Shown: in pieces, positions 50,401 through 62,200 of the stretch
Numbering within the stretch: the stretch's first letter is position 1
Layout of the letters: every line of letters begins with the position of its first letter
Source: Eledone cirrhosa
Taxonomy: Eukaryota
Reading direction: 5' to 3'
NCBI GenBank assembly: GCA_964016885.1
Contig: OZ024742.1
Span: forward strand, 101,680,001 to 101,744,000
DNA length: 64,000 bases
Made by a program: the position numbers and the translations under genes
Notes under the pieces: generated by a model
The model's database searches: none
Told to the model about the DNA's origin: nothing
The model's input: the letters and a program-made list of their open reading frames with translations, nothing else

Positions 50401-52235
50401 TCTGTGGAGACCCCCTCCAACTCCTGTTAGCAAGTAAAATGGATATTAAATGATGATATTATTCAAGGGTCGGAGGCCATGCTTTGCAGACCTTTATGGT
50501 CTGAGTTCAAATCCCGCCGAGCTTAACTTTGCCTTTCATCCTTAAGGGGTCGATAAAATAAAGCACCAGTAATAAACTGGGATAATTGCTGGCCTTGTGC
50601 CAAAAGTAGAAACAATTATTCTACTGATGTGTTTTTTACAATTCTTGTCTTAAACAATGTTTTTCACTGAAATGTCTTTGTATATTATTAATCTTTATCC
50701 ATGACTTTCAGGTGACAACAACTGTCAGTCCTAGCAGAGATACTGATGAGAAACTTGCTGTTGAAATACCTGATAATGCAGAAGTCAGTTGTGAAATTGA
50801 GGAAGATATAGTTAAGCGATCAAAAAAACTAAAAGAAGTTGAGGTTCCCACACCTACTTCAGAAAAGAACACAAGACCTTCTAGAAGTAATAGAAAAACT
50901 GTAAAACCTACCGATACTTCAGAATCTGTTGAAGTTCCTGAAATGATGGGGAGAGAAAAGCGATCAATGAATAATCGGACAGAAACTAATATTGGAAGTA
51001 AATCAAAAGTAAGAAAATCTATCAGGTTTGATCTTCCTGAAGAGGAGGAAAGTTCAGAGGAAGAGAAATATTCAAGCAAGAGTTCTAAGAAGACAAAAAA
51101 AACATCAAATAGATTCAAGAAAAGTTCTACAGCATCTAAAGGTAAAAAAAGTAATACAAAGTTGTCTGCGTGCTCATATTCAAATTTGGTAGATGTAATG
51201 ACGGAAAAATATTCCAAAGACAGCAAAACAGAATTAAAATCAAATATTGGGAGAGGAAAAAGGATTAAAATAGAAAAAAATGTGAGCGAGAATGAAATGG
51301 AGATCGATGATGATTTTGTAGGAAAAAATTGTTCAGAAATTGGGGTAACAGCTGATGGAGCAATAGAGAATATTTCTATTAAGGTGGAAGAAGAGAATGT
51401 AGCATTATCTCAAAACAGAGATGATTCTAGAAAGAGTGGGAGAAGTTTAAAAGGAAAATCTAAGAAAAATAATGAGAAAATACAGGAAAATTTGAGTAAC
51501 ACTTCAACTACAAGTACAAGTCAACATCCTGTCAGTGAAGATCTGAATAAGGACACTCCAAGAAGTTGTAGTGTCTCACGGAGTAAAAGAGTGAAAATTA
51601 AGAAAGAGTCCTGTGATGAAACCACGTTGGAGACTGTCAGCAATAATACAACAACTAGCAGATCTCGGAGTACTAGAGGAACAAAGAAAGAAGTTGTTGA
51701 AGATAAGGAGAAAAGTAAGAAGGCTAGTAAGATATCTTTGAAGAAGACTTCAAATTCCAAACAACAATGTGAGGAGCCTTGCCAGGAAAATTCTAGTGAA
51801 GAAAGAAAAAATATAAATCAGGAAGAAAACATGGAAATGGATGAAGCTAGTGATTCAAAGGTTGAATCAAATATTGAAGAAAACGCCACAGAAGACACTA
51901 GAAGTTCTCAACATGAAACTCAGAAAAACAAGAGAAAAATTTCTAAAGAAGAAGCAAGTAGTAAGATCTCAGAAAAACATCCTAAGAGAAAGAAAATATT
52001 TTCCGAAAAGGAAACAGAGTCTTCTGAAAAAGATTCTGTCAAGAATTTGAGCCAGAGTTCAGATACGACAACTGATAGCACAGCCTCTAAAACTACCTCA
52101 ACAAAGAGGGGTCAGTCTAAAAGACAGTTATGTCATTTGCAGGATACAAAGAATGAAACTCATGAAATGCAAGAATTGAAAACCCCAAGTAAAAGGAGGG
52201 AAAATCACAGAAGTGACAGTCAGTCAAGTAATGAG
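9091..52235 (+). CDS. MDC1: MDC1-like mediator of DNA damage checkpoint protein, spliced gene model with 13 coding exons in window (3' part with BRCT repeats expected beyond the window)
   Basis: Hand-spliced exons give one open frame of 3660 nt with matching phases. The N-terminus MDLDMTEAITF...LPVAHLTIL...SFPIFRGKNIIGR...SLSKKHACIE...LYDMSSLN...LTPEVRYELKDKDTLVFADISCKY aligns with the human MDC1 N-terminus/FHA as I recall it (MEDTQAIDW...DFPLHLGKNVVGR...SISKQHAEIE...[24 protein letters not shown]). It is followed by SDTE, TQDF, TQAY and TQPY motifs. Confidence 0.85.
10240..10490. repeat. Degenerate ~48-bp tandem repeat (about 5 units) of a dispersed-repeat motif (AAAAGCACCCAGTCCACCCTGTAAGGTG)
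   Basis: Periodicity is visible in ORF 10172-10495. The same motif recurs at ~12770-12960, 36700, 41640 (-), 42300, 48520-48960 (-) and 52430. Confidence 0.7.
10911..10974 (+). CDS. MDC1: MDC1 coding exon 2 (VAHLTILNHQTMKGKSFPIFR-G), start of FHA
   Basis: catttttcag| acceptor, GAG|gtaaag donor, phase 0 to 1. Confidence 0.85.
11690..11745 (+). pseudogene. Duplicated copy of MDC1 exon 3 with in-frame TAA (pseudo-exon)
   Basis: Near-identical to 12270-12325, 580 bp upstream, including ~30 nt of upstream intron. CAA>TAA at 11710-11712. AG and GT are retained. Confidence 0.85.
12270..12325 (+). CDS. MDC1: MDC1 coding exon 3 (GKNIIGRQEHSCEIYIPVK), FHA GR motif
   Basis: tttctag| acceptor, AAG|gtaaag donor, phase 1 to 0. 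Carries the conserved FHA Gly-Arg. Confidence 0.88.
13270..26722. repeat. Giant 19-bp minisatellite (CAGTCACACTTACCACARA)n, ~700 units, in MDC1 intron 3
   Basis: Direct reading; 19-aa cycle in translations; highly homogeneous with recurrent variant units. Confidence 0.98.
26767..26859 (+). CDS. MDC1: MDC1 coding exon 4 (SLSKKHACIEVRGHSHLLYDMSSLNKSRRGT), FHA SxxH and N motifs
   Basis: ttcttatag| acceptor, ACG|gtaagt donor, phase 0 to 0. Confidence 0.9.
27085..27310. repeat. Degenerate ~29-bp tandem repeat (TATATTTATGACTTACCTYAGTAAGTRTA)
   Basis: About 7 diverged units. The best units contain self-complementary ACTTAC-N4-GTAAGT. Confidence 0.75.
27445..30580 (-). mobile_element. Near-full-length RTE-clade LINE (APE endonuclease + RT + PHD-like finger), disrupted by a few frameshifts/stops
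   Basis: ORF 29800-30573 is the EN (TLNVGTL, IQETRW, SAYAPQ, GDLNGHVG, VDYIL). ORFs 29171-29689 and 28221-29159 carry the RT (QFGF, VDLEKAFD, GVPQGSVLSP, YADD). ORFs 28011-28220 and 27500-27700 include GRPRKTW. Confidence 0.95.
30990..31960 (-). mobile_element. Old, heavily degraded LINE-like fragment
   Basis: Purine-rich minus strand with residual LKMWKLKEA-type linker motifs; no intact ORF. Confidence 0.4.
32438..32473. repeat. (TA)n microsatellite ~20 nt upstream of the exon 5 acceptor
   Basis: Direct reading. Other (TA)n/(TG)n tracts at ~2434-2464, 2899-2915 and 7165-7185. Confidence 0.9.
32494..32583 (+). CDS. MDC1: MDC1 coding exon 5 (LFLTPEVRYELKDKDTLVFADISCKYTVEE), end of FHA
   Basis: ttattttag| acceptor, GAG|gtatgt donor, phase 0 to 0. 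Confidence 0.88.
33017..33604. mobile_element. piggyBac-type MITE with nested RTE 3'-end fragment (33056-33281)
   Basis: TTAA-CCCTTTTGTTACCA left end and GGTATCAAAAGAG-TTCA right end. The body matches 43214-43427. The insert encodes WVKKC...GRPRKTW and ends in an (ATG)n tail. Confidence 0.7.
34040..34210 (+). CDS. MDC1: MDC1 coding exon 6 (IARASDSGSDTEAM...DILLPTQ), SDT motif
   Basis: tatttccag| acceptor, CAG|gtagtg donor, 171 nt. Overlaps ORF 33959-34348. Confidence 0.82.
34285..36664. repeat. 52/53-bp minisatellite (GGACAGTATTCTGTACCTACAATACTTACTCTTCTACAC[ACTCATATGCATA|CCTAATATGCAGTA]), ~45 units, in intron 6
   Basis: Direct reading; two interspersed unit types. Confidence 0.97.
37176..37242 (+). 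CDS. MDC1: MDC1 coding exon 7 (DFPINNFAQGSNAGFQNISPVK-G)
   Basis: gttacag| acceptor, AAG|gtaagg donor, phase 0 to 1. Completes TQ|DF across the junction. Confidence 0.78.
37420..38660. mobile_element. Cluster of ~6 tRNA-derived SINE copies, one inverted (~38210-38422)
   Basis: Repeated GTTCRAATCC B boxes and GCCTTTCATC...GTCGATAAAATAAAG cores. Same family as 1820-2008. Confidence 0.85.
38972..39052 (+). CDS. MDC1: MDC1 coding exon 8 (GEVLAIDSSPENDAESTYRNDRYFQNN)
   Basis: tatttcag| acceptor, ATG|gtatat donor, phase 1 to 1. Confidence 0.72.
39320..40900 (-). mobile_element. 5'-truncated Tx1/L1-like LINE fragment
   Basis: ORF 40682-40870 SAYAYDITI...YEAVTGAKI.QEK (degenerate YADD, then Tx1/L1-type SGAKIN..KS). 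AATAAA and a (TAT)n tail at the minus-strand 3' end near 39330-39350. Confidence 0.7.
41490..42030 (-). mobile_element. RTE LINE 3' end with 3'UTR and (GAT)n tail
   Basis: 41845-42025 is closely similar to 27465-27650. It continues into a UTR with the GGAAGGGCATCCGGCCGTAGAAA motif. Confidence 0.8.
42719..42793 (+). CDS. MDC1: MDC1 coding exon 9 (ANNEANHNSDILAAATQAYVADSDD), GC donor
   Basis: ctaac branch-like site and atttccag| acceptor. Donor ATG|gcaagt (non-canonical GC) gives the phase 1 that the next exon needs. Confidence 0.75.
42874..43158 (+). mobile_element. Second tRNA-derived SINE family (CORE/V-domain-like)
   Basis: A box TGGCCTAGTGG, B box GAGTTTGATTCC, core TGTGTTCTTGAGCAAAACACTT, CCCTGAGATGGACTGGTGTCCTGTCCAGGG, and (AGACTTT) tail. 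Confidence 0.75.
43210..43431. mobile_element. Intact ~214-bp piggyBac-type MITE with TTAA target duplication
   Basis: TTAA|CCCTTT...AAAGGG|TTAA. Partial copies at ~12022-12200, 42847 and ~44900-44995. Confidence 0.8.
43928..44491 (-). mobile_element. Mariner/Tc1 transposon 5' fragment
   Basis: Minus strand reads NRRLIVQLITSELGMNHDSVWKIITED*GMWKICVKIMPKLLNDDQKE (mariner HTH plus WVPxxL-equivalent). TIR-like TAAGGTGTGTCAGAAAAGTAA at 44491-44471. Confidence 0.75.
45527..45591 (+). CDS. MDC1: MDC1 coding exon 10 (EAASEEYDDTENPIFVADTQPQ)
   Basis: ttacag| acceptor after a pyrimidine tract, CAA|gtaagc donor, phase 1 to 0. Confidence 0.78.
46610..47012. mobile_element. Fold-back element/MITE with ~185-bp imperfect inverted arms
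   Basis: TTAGGTAGTAAC... at the left and ...GTTACTACCTAA at the right. The arms pair along their length around a ~30-nt loop. Confidence 0.85.
47162..48431 (+). CDS. MDC1: MDC1 coding exon 11, large S/T/P-rich exon (includes DATQPY, KTQPL)
   Basis: ttctag| acceptor in frame with ORF 47195-48478, CAG|gtaagt donor, phase 0 to 1. Confidence 0.88.
49680..49711 (+). CDS. MDC1: MDC1 coding exon 12, 32-nt micro-exon (DLETRASKQPN)
   Basis: ttattttag| acceptor, AAT|gtaagt donor. Needed to convert phase 1 to phase 0 between the two large exons. Confidence 0.78.
50465..50620 (+). mobile_element. tRNA-derived SINE (same family as 1820-2008), ~90 bp upstream of exon 13
   Basis: GAGTTCAAATCC B box, core, and GGCCTTGTGCCAAAAGTAGAAACAATTATT tail. 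Older copies at ~32110-32280, 45135-45280 and 52918-53070. Confidence 0.8.
50712..52235 (+). CDS. MDC1: MDC1 coding exon 13, large K/E/S-rich exon
   Basis: ctttcag| acceptor coincides with ORF 50712-52259. Likely donor GAG|gttggt, phase 0. Confidence 0.85.
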
Positions 52236-53224
52236 GTTGGTGCCATCTTTTCTTTTTAAATGCTCTTTTTTTACATACATACATTCTAGAAGGTTCAGCT
52301 ATCAACTGGAAAACCTGTTATTTTACATTAATCTGTAGTCTGGGAGATCCTGCAAATAGTCAGGGTGAATAGCTTAATGTACTTGTCTCCACATATATGT
52401 GACCATGTCTAATGGTGATCTATATGATAAACACACCCAGGACACTCTGTAAAGTGGTTGGTGATAGGGTATTTAGCTGTAGAAAACCTGCCAAAGTTGG
52501 GAGGTCTCTTCAGCTGTGTCAATAACATGACAACCTCCCTAGTGTTGGTGATCTACACGATAAACACATCCAAAATAGTTAGTGATAGGAAGGGTATCCA
52601 ACTATAGAAAACCTGCCAAACAAAGGGTCAGGAGAAATCTTGAGCTGTATCAAAGACACAACAGCCTCCTTAGTGTTGGTACCATGCACTTGATAGAGCA
52701 TGGGAATATATGTGAGATGTGGGTTCCCAGCCTGTCTAAACACTTGGTTGAGTTCTGGGATACAGGTTCCTGACTCATCCATGGAGTCAGTAGTTCTGCT
52801 TGAGTATTTGGACTGTTGAACACCCGTCCAATCCTTGCTAGCTGGGAGAGCGGACATTAAATGGTGATGGTAACGTCCCAATGTTAATAAGGTGGAATAA
52901 TATTGTAATAATATTTAGGGTGGTGGATTGGCAGAATTGGTAGAGCATTTAACTAAATGTCATATAATATTCAGTTGCATCTATTTATGTTTTAAGTTTG
53001 ATGGGTTCTGTTGAGGTTGACTGGCTTTCATCCTTTTTATATGTGAAATACTGGACTCAATATGATTACCCTATTGCTACTATTACTATTGCTACTGCTG
53101 CTGCTACTACTATTACTACTACTACTACTACCATGATGGCATGGTTGGGCAAAGAGTGGGAAATTCAGGGATAAATTGAGCAGTGCAAGTTGTGGGAGAG
53201 GGGCGGCTCTACCACCTATATTTG

Positions 53225-56200
53225 TTCCTCCAGCATGACTGACTATACCCATTCCTCCAACATGACTGACTATACCTATTCCTCCAACATGACTGACTAT
53301 ACCCATTCCTCCAACATGACTGACTATACCCATTCCTCCAACATGACTGACTATACCCATTCCTCCAACACGACTGACTATACCCATTCCTCCAACATGA
53401 CTGACTATACCTATTCCTCCAACATGACTGACTATACCCATTCCTCCAACATGACTGACTATACCCATTCCTCCAACATGACTGACTATACCTATTCCTC
53501 CATGACTGACTATACCCATTCCTCCAACATGACTGACTATACCCATTTCTCCAACATGACTAACTATACCCATTCCTCCAACATGACTAACAATACCCAT
53601 TCCTCCAACATGTATGACTATACCCATTCCTCCAACATGACTGACTATACCTATTCCTCCGTGACTGACTATACCCATTCCTCCAACATGACTGACTATA
53701 TCCATTTCTCCAACATGACTAACTATACCCATTCCTCCAACATGACTGACAATACCCATTCCTCCAACATGACTGACTATACCCATTCCTCCAACATGAC
53801 TGACTATACCCATTCCTCCAACATGACTGACTATACCCATTCCTCCAACATGACTGACTATACCCATTCCTCCAACATGACTGACTATACCTATTCCTCC
53901 AACATGACTGACTGTACCCATTCCTCCAACATGACTGACTGTACCCATTCCTCCAACATGACTGACTATACCCATTCCTCCAACATGGCTGACTATACCC
54001 ATTCCTCCAACATGACTGACTATACCCATTCCTCCAACATGACTGACTATACCTATTCCTCCGTGACTGACTATACCCATTCCTCCAACATGACTGACTA
54101 TACCTATTCCTCCAACATGACTGACTATACCCATTCCTCCAATGTGACTGGCTATACCCATTCCTCCAACATGACTGACTATACCCATTCCTCCAACATG
54201 ACTGACTATACCCATTCCTCCAATGTGACTGGCTATACCCATTCCTCCAACATGACTGACTATACCCATTCCTCCAACATGACTGACTATACCCATTTCT
54301 CCAACGTGACTGACTATACCCATTCCTCCAACGTGACTGACTATACCCATTCCTCCAACATGACTGACTATACCCATTCCTCCAACATGACTGACTATAC
54401 CCATTCCTCCAACATGACTGACTATACCCATTCCTCCAACATGACTGACTGTACCCATTCCTCCAACATGACTGACTATACCCATTCCTCCAACATGACT
54501 GACTATACCCATTCCTCCAACATGACTGACTGTACCCATTCCTCCAACATGACTGACTATACCCATTCCTCCAACATGACTGACTATACCTATTCCTCCA
54601 ATGTGACTGGCTATACCCATTCCTCCAACATGACTGACTATACCCATTCCTCCAACATGACTGACTATACCCATTCCTCCAACATGAATGACTATACCCA
54701 TTCCTCCAACATGACTGACTATACCTATTCCTCCAACATGACTGACTATACCTATTCCTCCAACATGACTGACTGTACCCATTCCTCCAACATGACTGAC
54801 TATACCCATTCCTCCAACATGACTGACTATACCCATTCCTCCAACAATACTGACTATACCCATTCCTCCAACATGACTGACTATACCTATTCCTCCGTGA
54901 CTGACTATACCCATTCCTCCAACATGACTGACTATACCTATTCCTCCAACGTGACTGACTATACCCATTCCTCCAACATGACTGACTATACTCATTCCTC
55001 CAACATGACTGACTATACCCATTCCTCCAACATGACTGACTATACCCATTCCTCCAACATGACTGACTATACCCATTCCTCCAACATGACTGACTATACC
55101 TATTCCTCCAACATGACTGACTATACCTATTCCTCCGTGACTGACTATACCCATTCCTCCAACATGACTGACTATACCTATTCCTCCAACGTGACTGACT
55201 ATACCCATTCCTCCAACATGACTGACTATACCTATTCCTCCAACATGACTGACTATACCCATTCCTCCAATGTGACTGGCTATACCCATTCCTCCAACAT
55301 GACTGACTATACCCATTCCTCCAACATGACTGACTATACCCATTCCTCCAACAATACTGACTATACCCATTCCTCCAACATGACTGACTATACCCATTCC
55401 TCCAACATGACTGACTATACCCATTCCTCCAACATGACTGACTATACCCATTCCTCCAACGTGACTGACTATACCCATTCCTCCAACGTGACTGACTATA
55501 CCCATTCCTCCAACATGACTGACTGTACCCATTCCTCCAACATGACTGACTATACCCATTCCTCCAACATGACTGACTATAACCATTCCTCCAACATGAC
55601 TGACTATACCCATTCCTCCAACATGACTGACTATACCCATTCCTCCAACATGACTGACTATACCTATTCCTCCAATGTGACTGGCTATACCCATTCCTCC
55701 AACATGACTGACTATACCCATTCCTCCAACATGACTGACTATACCCATTCCTCCAACATGACTGACTATACCTATTCCTCCAACATGACTGAGTATACCT
55801 ATTCCTCCAACATGACTGACTGTACCCATTCCTCCAACATGACTGACTATACCCATTCCTCCAACATGACTGACTATACCCATTCCTCCAACAATACTGA
55901 CTATACCCATTCCTCCAACATGACTGACTATACCTATTCCTCCGTGACTGACTATACCCATTCCTCCAACATGACTGACTATACATATTCCTCCAACATG
56001 ACTGACTATACCCATTCCTCCAATGTGACTGGCTATACCCATTCCTCCAACATGACTGACTATACCCATTCTTCCAACATGACTGACTATACCCATTCCT
56101 CCAACATGACTGACTATACCTATTCCTCCAACATGACTGACTATACCCATTCCTCCAACATGACTGACTATACCCATTCCTCCAACAATACTGACTATAC

Positions 56201-59200
56201 CCATTCCTCCAACATGACTGACTATACCCATTCCTCCAACATGACTGACTATACCTATTCCTCCAACGTGACTGACTATACCCATTCCTCCAACATGACT
56301 GACTATACCCATTCCTCCAACATGACTGACTATACCCATTCCTCCAACATGACTGACTATACCCATTCTTCCAACATGACTGACTATACCCATTCCTCCA
56401 ACATGACTGACTGTACCCATTCCTCCAACATGACTGACTATACCTATTCCTCCAACATGACTGACTATACCTATTCCTCCAACATGACTGACTATACCCA
56501 TTCCTCCAACATGACTGACTATACCCATTCCTCCCTGACTGACTATACCCATTCCTCCAACATGACTGACTATACCCATTCCTCCAACATGACTGACTAT
56601 ACCCATTCTTCCAACATGACTGACTATACCCATTCCTCCAACATGACTGACTATACCCATTCCTCCAACATGACTGACTGTACCCATTCCTCCAACATGA
56701 CTGACTATACCTATTCCTCCAACATGACTGACTATACCCATTCCTCCAACATGACTGACTATACCTATTCCTCCAATGTGACTGGCTATACCCATTCCTC
56801 CAACATGACTGACTATACCCATTCCTCCAACATAACTGACTATACCCATTCCTCCAACATGACTGACTATACCCATTCCTCCAACATGACTGACTATACC
56901 TATTCCTCCAACATGACTGACTATACCTATTCCTCCAACATGACTGACTGTACCCATTCCTCCAACATGACTGACTATACCCATTCCTCCAACATGACTG
57001 ACTATACCTATTCCTCCAACATGACTGACTATACCTATTCCTCCAACATGACTGACTGTACCCATTCCTCCAACATGACTGACTATACCTATTCCTCCAA
57101 CGTGACTGACTGTACCCATTCCTCCAACAATACTGACTATACCCATTCCTCCAACATGACTGACTATACCCATTCCTCCAACAATACTGACTATACCCAT
57201 TCCTCCAACATGACTGACTATACCTATTCCTCCAACATGACTGACTATACCCATTCCTCCAATGTGACTGGCTATACCCATTCCTCCAACATGACTGACT
57301 ATACCCATTCCTCCAACATGACTGACTATACCCATTCCTCCAACATGACTGACTATACCTATTCCTCCAACGTGACTGACTATACCCATTCCTCCGTGAC
57401 TGACTATACCCATTCCTCCAACATGACTGACTATACCCATTCTTCCAACATGACTGACTATACCCATTCCTCCAACATGACTGACTATACCCATTCCTCC
57501 AACATGACTGACTATACCCATTCCTCCAACATGACTGACTATACCCATTCCTCCAACATGACTGACTATACCTATTCCTCCAACGTGACTGACTATACCC
57601 ATTCCTCCAACATGACTGACTGTACCTATTCCTCCAACGTGACTGGCTATATCCATTCCTCCAACATGACTGACTATACCCATTCCTCCGTGACTGACTA
57701 TACCCATTCCTCCAACATGACTGACTATACCCATTCTTCCAACATGACTGACTATACCCATTCCTCCAACATGACTGACTATACCCATTCCTCCAACATG
57801 ACTGACTATACCCATTCCTCCAACATGACTGACTATACCCATTCTTCCAACATGACTGACTATACCCATTCCTCCAACATGACTGACTATACCCATTCCT
57901 CCAACATGACTGACTGTACCTATTCCTCCAACGTGACTGGCTATATCCATTCCTCCAACATGACTGACTATACCCATTCCTCCGTGACTGACTATACCCA
58001 TTCCTCCAACATGACTGACTATACCCATTCTTCCAACATGACTGACTATACCCATTCCTCCAACATGACTGACTATACCCATTCCTCCAACATGACTGAC
58101 TATACCCATTCCTCCAACATAACTGACTATACCCATTCTTCCAACATGACTGACTATACCCATTCCTCCAACATGACTGACTATACCCATTCCTCCAACA
58201 TGACTGACTGTACCCATTCCTCCAACATGACTGACTATACCTATTCCTCCAACATGACTGACTATACCTATTCCTCCAACGTGACTGACTATACCCATTC
58301 CTCCAACATGACTGACTATACCCATTCCTCCAACATGACTGACTATACCCATTCCTCCAACATGACTGACTATACCCATTCTTCCAACATGACTGACTAT
58401 ACCCATTCCTCCAACATGACTGACTGTACCCATTCCTCCAACATGACTGACTATACCTATTCCTCCAACATGACTGACTATACCTATTCCTCCAACATGA
58501 CTGACTATACCCATTCCTCCAACATGACTGACTATACCCATTCCTCCCTGACTGACTATACCCATTCCTCCAACATGACTGACTATACCCATTCCTCCAA
58601 CATGACTGACTATACCCATTCTTCCAACATGACTGACTATACCCATTCCTCCAACATGACTGACTATACCCATTCCTCCAACATGACTGACTATACCCAT
58701 TCCTCCAACATGACTGACTATACCTATTCCTCCAACGTGACTGACTATACCCATTCCTCCGTGACTGACTATACCCATTCCTCCAACATGACTGACTATA
58801 CCCATTCTTCCAACATGACTGACTATACCCATTCCTCCAACATGACTGACTATACCCATTCCTCCAACATGACTGACTATACCCATTCCTCCAACATGAC
58901 TGACTATACCTATTCCTCCAACGTGACTGACTATACCCATTCCTCCGTGACTGACTATACCCATTCCTCCAACATGACTGACTATACCCATTCTTCCAAC
59001 ATGACTGACTATACCCATTCCTCCAACATGACTGACTATACCCATTCCTCCAACATGACTGACTATACCCATTCCTCCAACATGACTGACTATACCCATT
59101 CCTCCAACGTGACTGACTATACCTATTCCTCCAACGTGACTGACTATACCCATTCCTCCAACATGACTGACTGTACCTATTCCTCCAACGTGACTGGCTA

Positions 59201-62200
59201 TATCCATTCCTCCAACATGACTGACTATACCCATTCCTCCGTGACTGACTATACCCATTCCTCCAACATGACTGACTATACCCATTCTTCCAACATGACT
59301 GACTATACCCATTCCTCCAACATGACTGACTATACCCATTCCTCCAACATGACTGACTATACCCATTCCTCCAACATGACTGACTATACCCATTCTTCCA
59401 ACATGACTGACTATACCCATTCCTCCAACATGACTGACTATACCCATTCCTCCAACATGACTGACTATACCCATTCCTCCAACATGACTGACTATACCTA
59501 TTCCTCCAACGTGACTGACTATACCCATTCCTCCGTGACTGACTATACCCATTCCTCCAACATGACTGACTATACCCATTCTTCCAACATGACTGACTAT
59601 ACCCATTCCTCCAACATGACTGACTATACCCATTCCTCCAACATGACTGACTATACCCATTCCTCCAACATGACTGACTATACCCATTCCTCCAACATGA
59701 CTGACTATACCTATTCCTCCAACGTGACTGACTATACCCATTCCTCCAACATGACTGACTGTACCTATTCCTCCAACGTGACTGTCTATATCCATTCCTC
59801 CAACATGACTGACTATACCCATTCCTCCAACATGACTGACTATACCCATTCCTCCAACATGACTGACTATACCCATTCCTCCAACATGACTGACTATACC
59901 CATTCCTCCAACATGACTGACTATACCCATTCTTCCAACATGACTGACTATACCCATTCCTCCAACATGACTGACTATACCCATTCCTCCAACATGACTG
60001 ACTATACCCATTCCTCCAACATGACTGACTGTACCTATTCCTCCAACGTGACTGGCTATATCCATTCCTCCAACATGACTGACTATACCCATTCCTCCGT
60101 GACTGACTATACCCATTCCTCCAACATGACTGACTATACCCATTCTTCCAACATGACTGACTATACCCATTCCTCCAACATGACTGACTATACCCATTCC
60201 TCCAACATGACTGACTATACCCATTCCTCCAACATAACTGACTATACCCATTCTTCCAACATGACTGACTATACCCATTCCTCCAACATGACTGACTATA
60301 CCCATTCCTCCAACATGACTGACTGTACCCATTCCTCCAACATGACTGACTATACCTATTCCTCCAACATGACTGACTATACCCATTCCTCCAACATGAC
60401 TGACTATACCTATTCCTCCAACAATACTGACTATACCTATTCCTCCAACATGACTGACTATACCTATTCCTCCAACATGACTGACTATACCCATTCCTCC
60501 AACATGACTGACTATACCTATTCCTCCAACGTGACTGACTATACCCATTCCTCCGTGACTGACTATACCCATTCCTCCAACATGACTGACTATACCCATT
60601 CTTCCAACATGACTGACTATACCCATTCCTCCAACATGACTGACTATACCCATTCCTCCAACATGACTGACTATACCCATTCCTCCAACATGACTGACTA
60701 TACCCATTCCTCCAACATGACTGACTATACCTATTCCTCCAACGTGACTGACTATACCCATTCCTCCAACATGACTGACTGTACCTATTCCTCCAACGTG
60801 ACTGTCTATATCCATTCCTCCAACATGACTGACTATACCCATTCCTCCAACATGACTGACTATACCCATTCCTCCAACATGACTGACTATACCCATTCCT
60901 CCAACATGACTGACTATACCCATTCCTCCAACATGACTGACTATACCCATTCTTCCAACATGACTGACTATACCCATTCCTCCAACATGACTGACTATAC
61001 CCATTCCTCCAACATGACTGACTATACCCATTCCTCCAACATGACTGACTGTACCTATTCCTCCAACGTGACTGGCTATATCCATTCCTCCAACATGACT
61101 GACTATACCCATTCCTCCGTGACTGACTATACCCATTCCTCCAACATGACTGACTATACCCATTCTTCCAACATGACTGACTATACCCATTCCTCCAACA
61201 TGACTGACTATACCCATTCCTCCAACATGACTGACTATACCCATTCCTCCAACATAACTGACTATACCCATTCTTCCAACATGACTGACTATACCCATTC
61301 CTCCAACATGACTGACTATACCCATTCCTCCAACATGACTGACTGTACCCATTCCTCCAACATGACTGACTATACCTATTCCTCCAACATGACTGACTAT
61401 ACCCATTCCTCCAACATGACTGACTATACCTATTCCTCCAACAATACTGACTATACCTATTCCTCCAACATGACTGACTATACCTATTCCTCCAACATGA
61501 CTGACTATACCCATTCCTCCAACATGACTGACTATACCCATTCCTCCAACATGACTGACTATACCCATTCCTCCAACATGACTGACTATACCCATTCCTC
61601 CAACATGACTGACTATACCCATTCCTCCAACAATACTGACTATACCCATTCCTCCAACATGACTGACTATACCCATTCCTCCAACATGACTGACTATACC
61701 TATTCCTCCAACGTGACTGACTATACCCATTCCTCCAACATGACTGACTATACCCATTCCTCCAACATGACTGACTATACCCATTCCTCCAACATGACTG
61801 ACTATACCCATTCTTCCAACATGACTGACTATACCCATTCCTCCAACATGACTGACTGTACCCATTCCTCCAACATGACTGACTATACCTATTCCTCCAA
61901 CATGACTGACTATACCTATTCCTCCAACATGACTGACTATACCCATTCCTCCAACATGACTGACTATACCCATTCCTCCCTGACTGACTATACCCATTCC
62001 TCCAACATGACTGACTATACCCATTCCTCCAACATGACTGACTATACCCATTCTTCCAACATGACTGACTATACCCATTCCTCCAACATGACTGACTATA
62101 CCCATTCCTCCAACATGACTGACTGTACCCATTCCTCCAACATGACTGACTATACCTATTCCTCCAACATGACTGACTATACCCATTCCTCCAACATGAC

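Noticed and set aside
48118-52305. Minus-strand ORFs 48118-48450, 50708-51226 and 51521-51760
   Set aside because: Antisense shadows of the large MDC1 exons.
53221-53245. Acceptor-like tttgttcctccag at the start of the 27-bp array, suggesting a repeat exon analogous to the mammalian MDC1 PST repeats
   Set aside because: Exon 13 ends in phase 0, so splicing here reads CAT GAC TGA (immediate stop), not the open SNMTDYTH frame.
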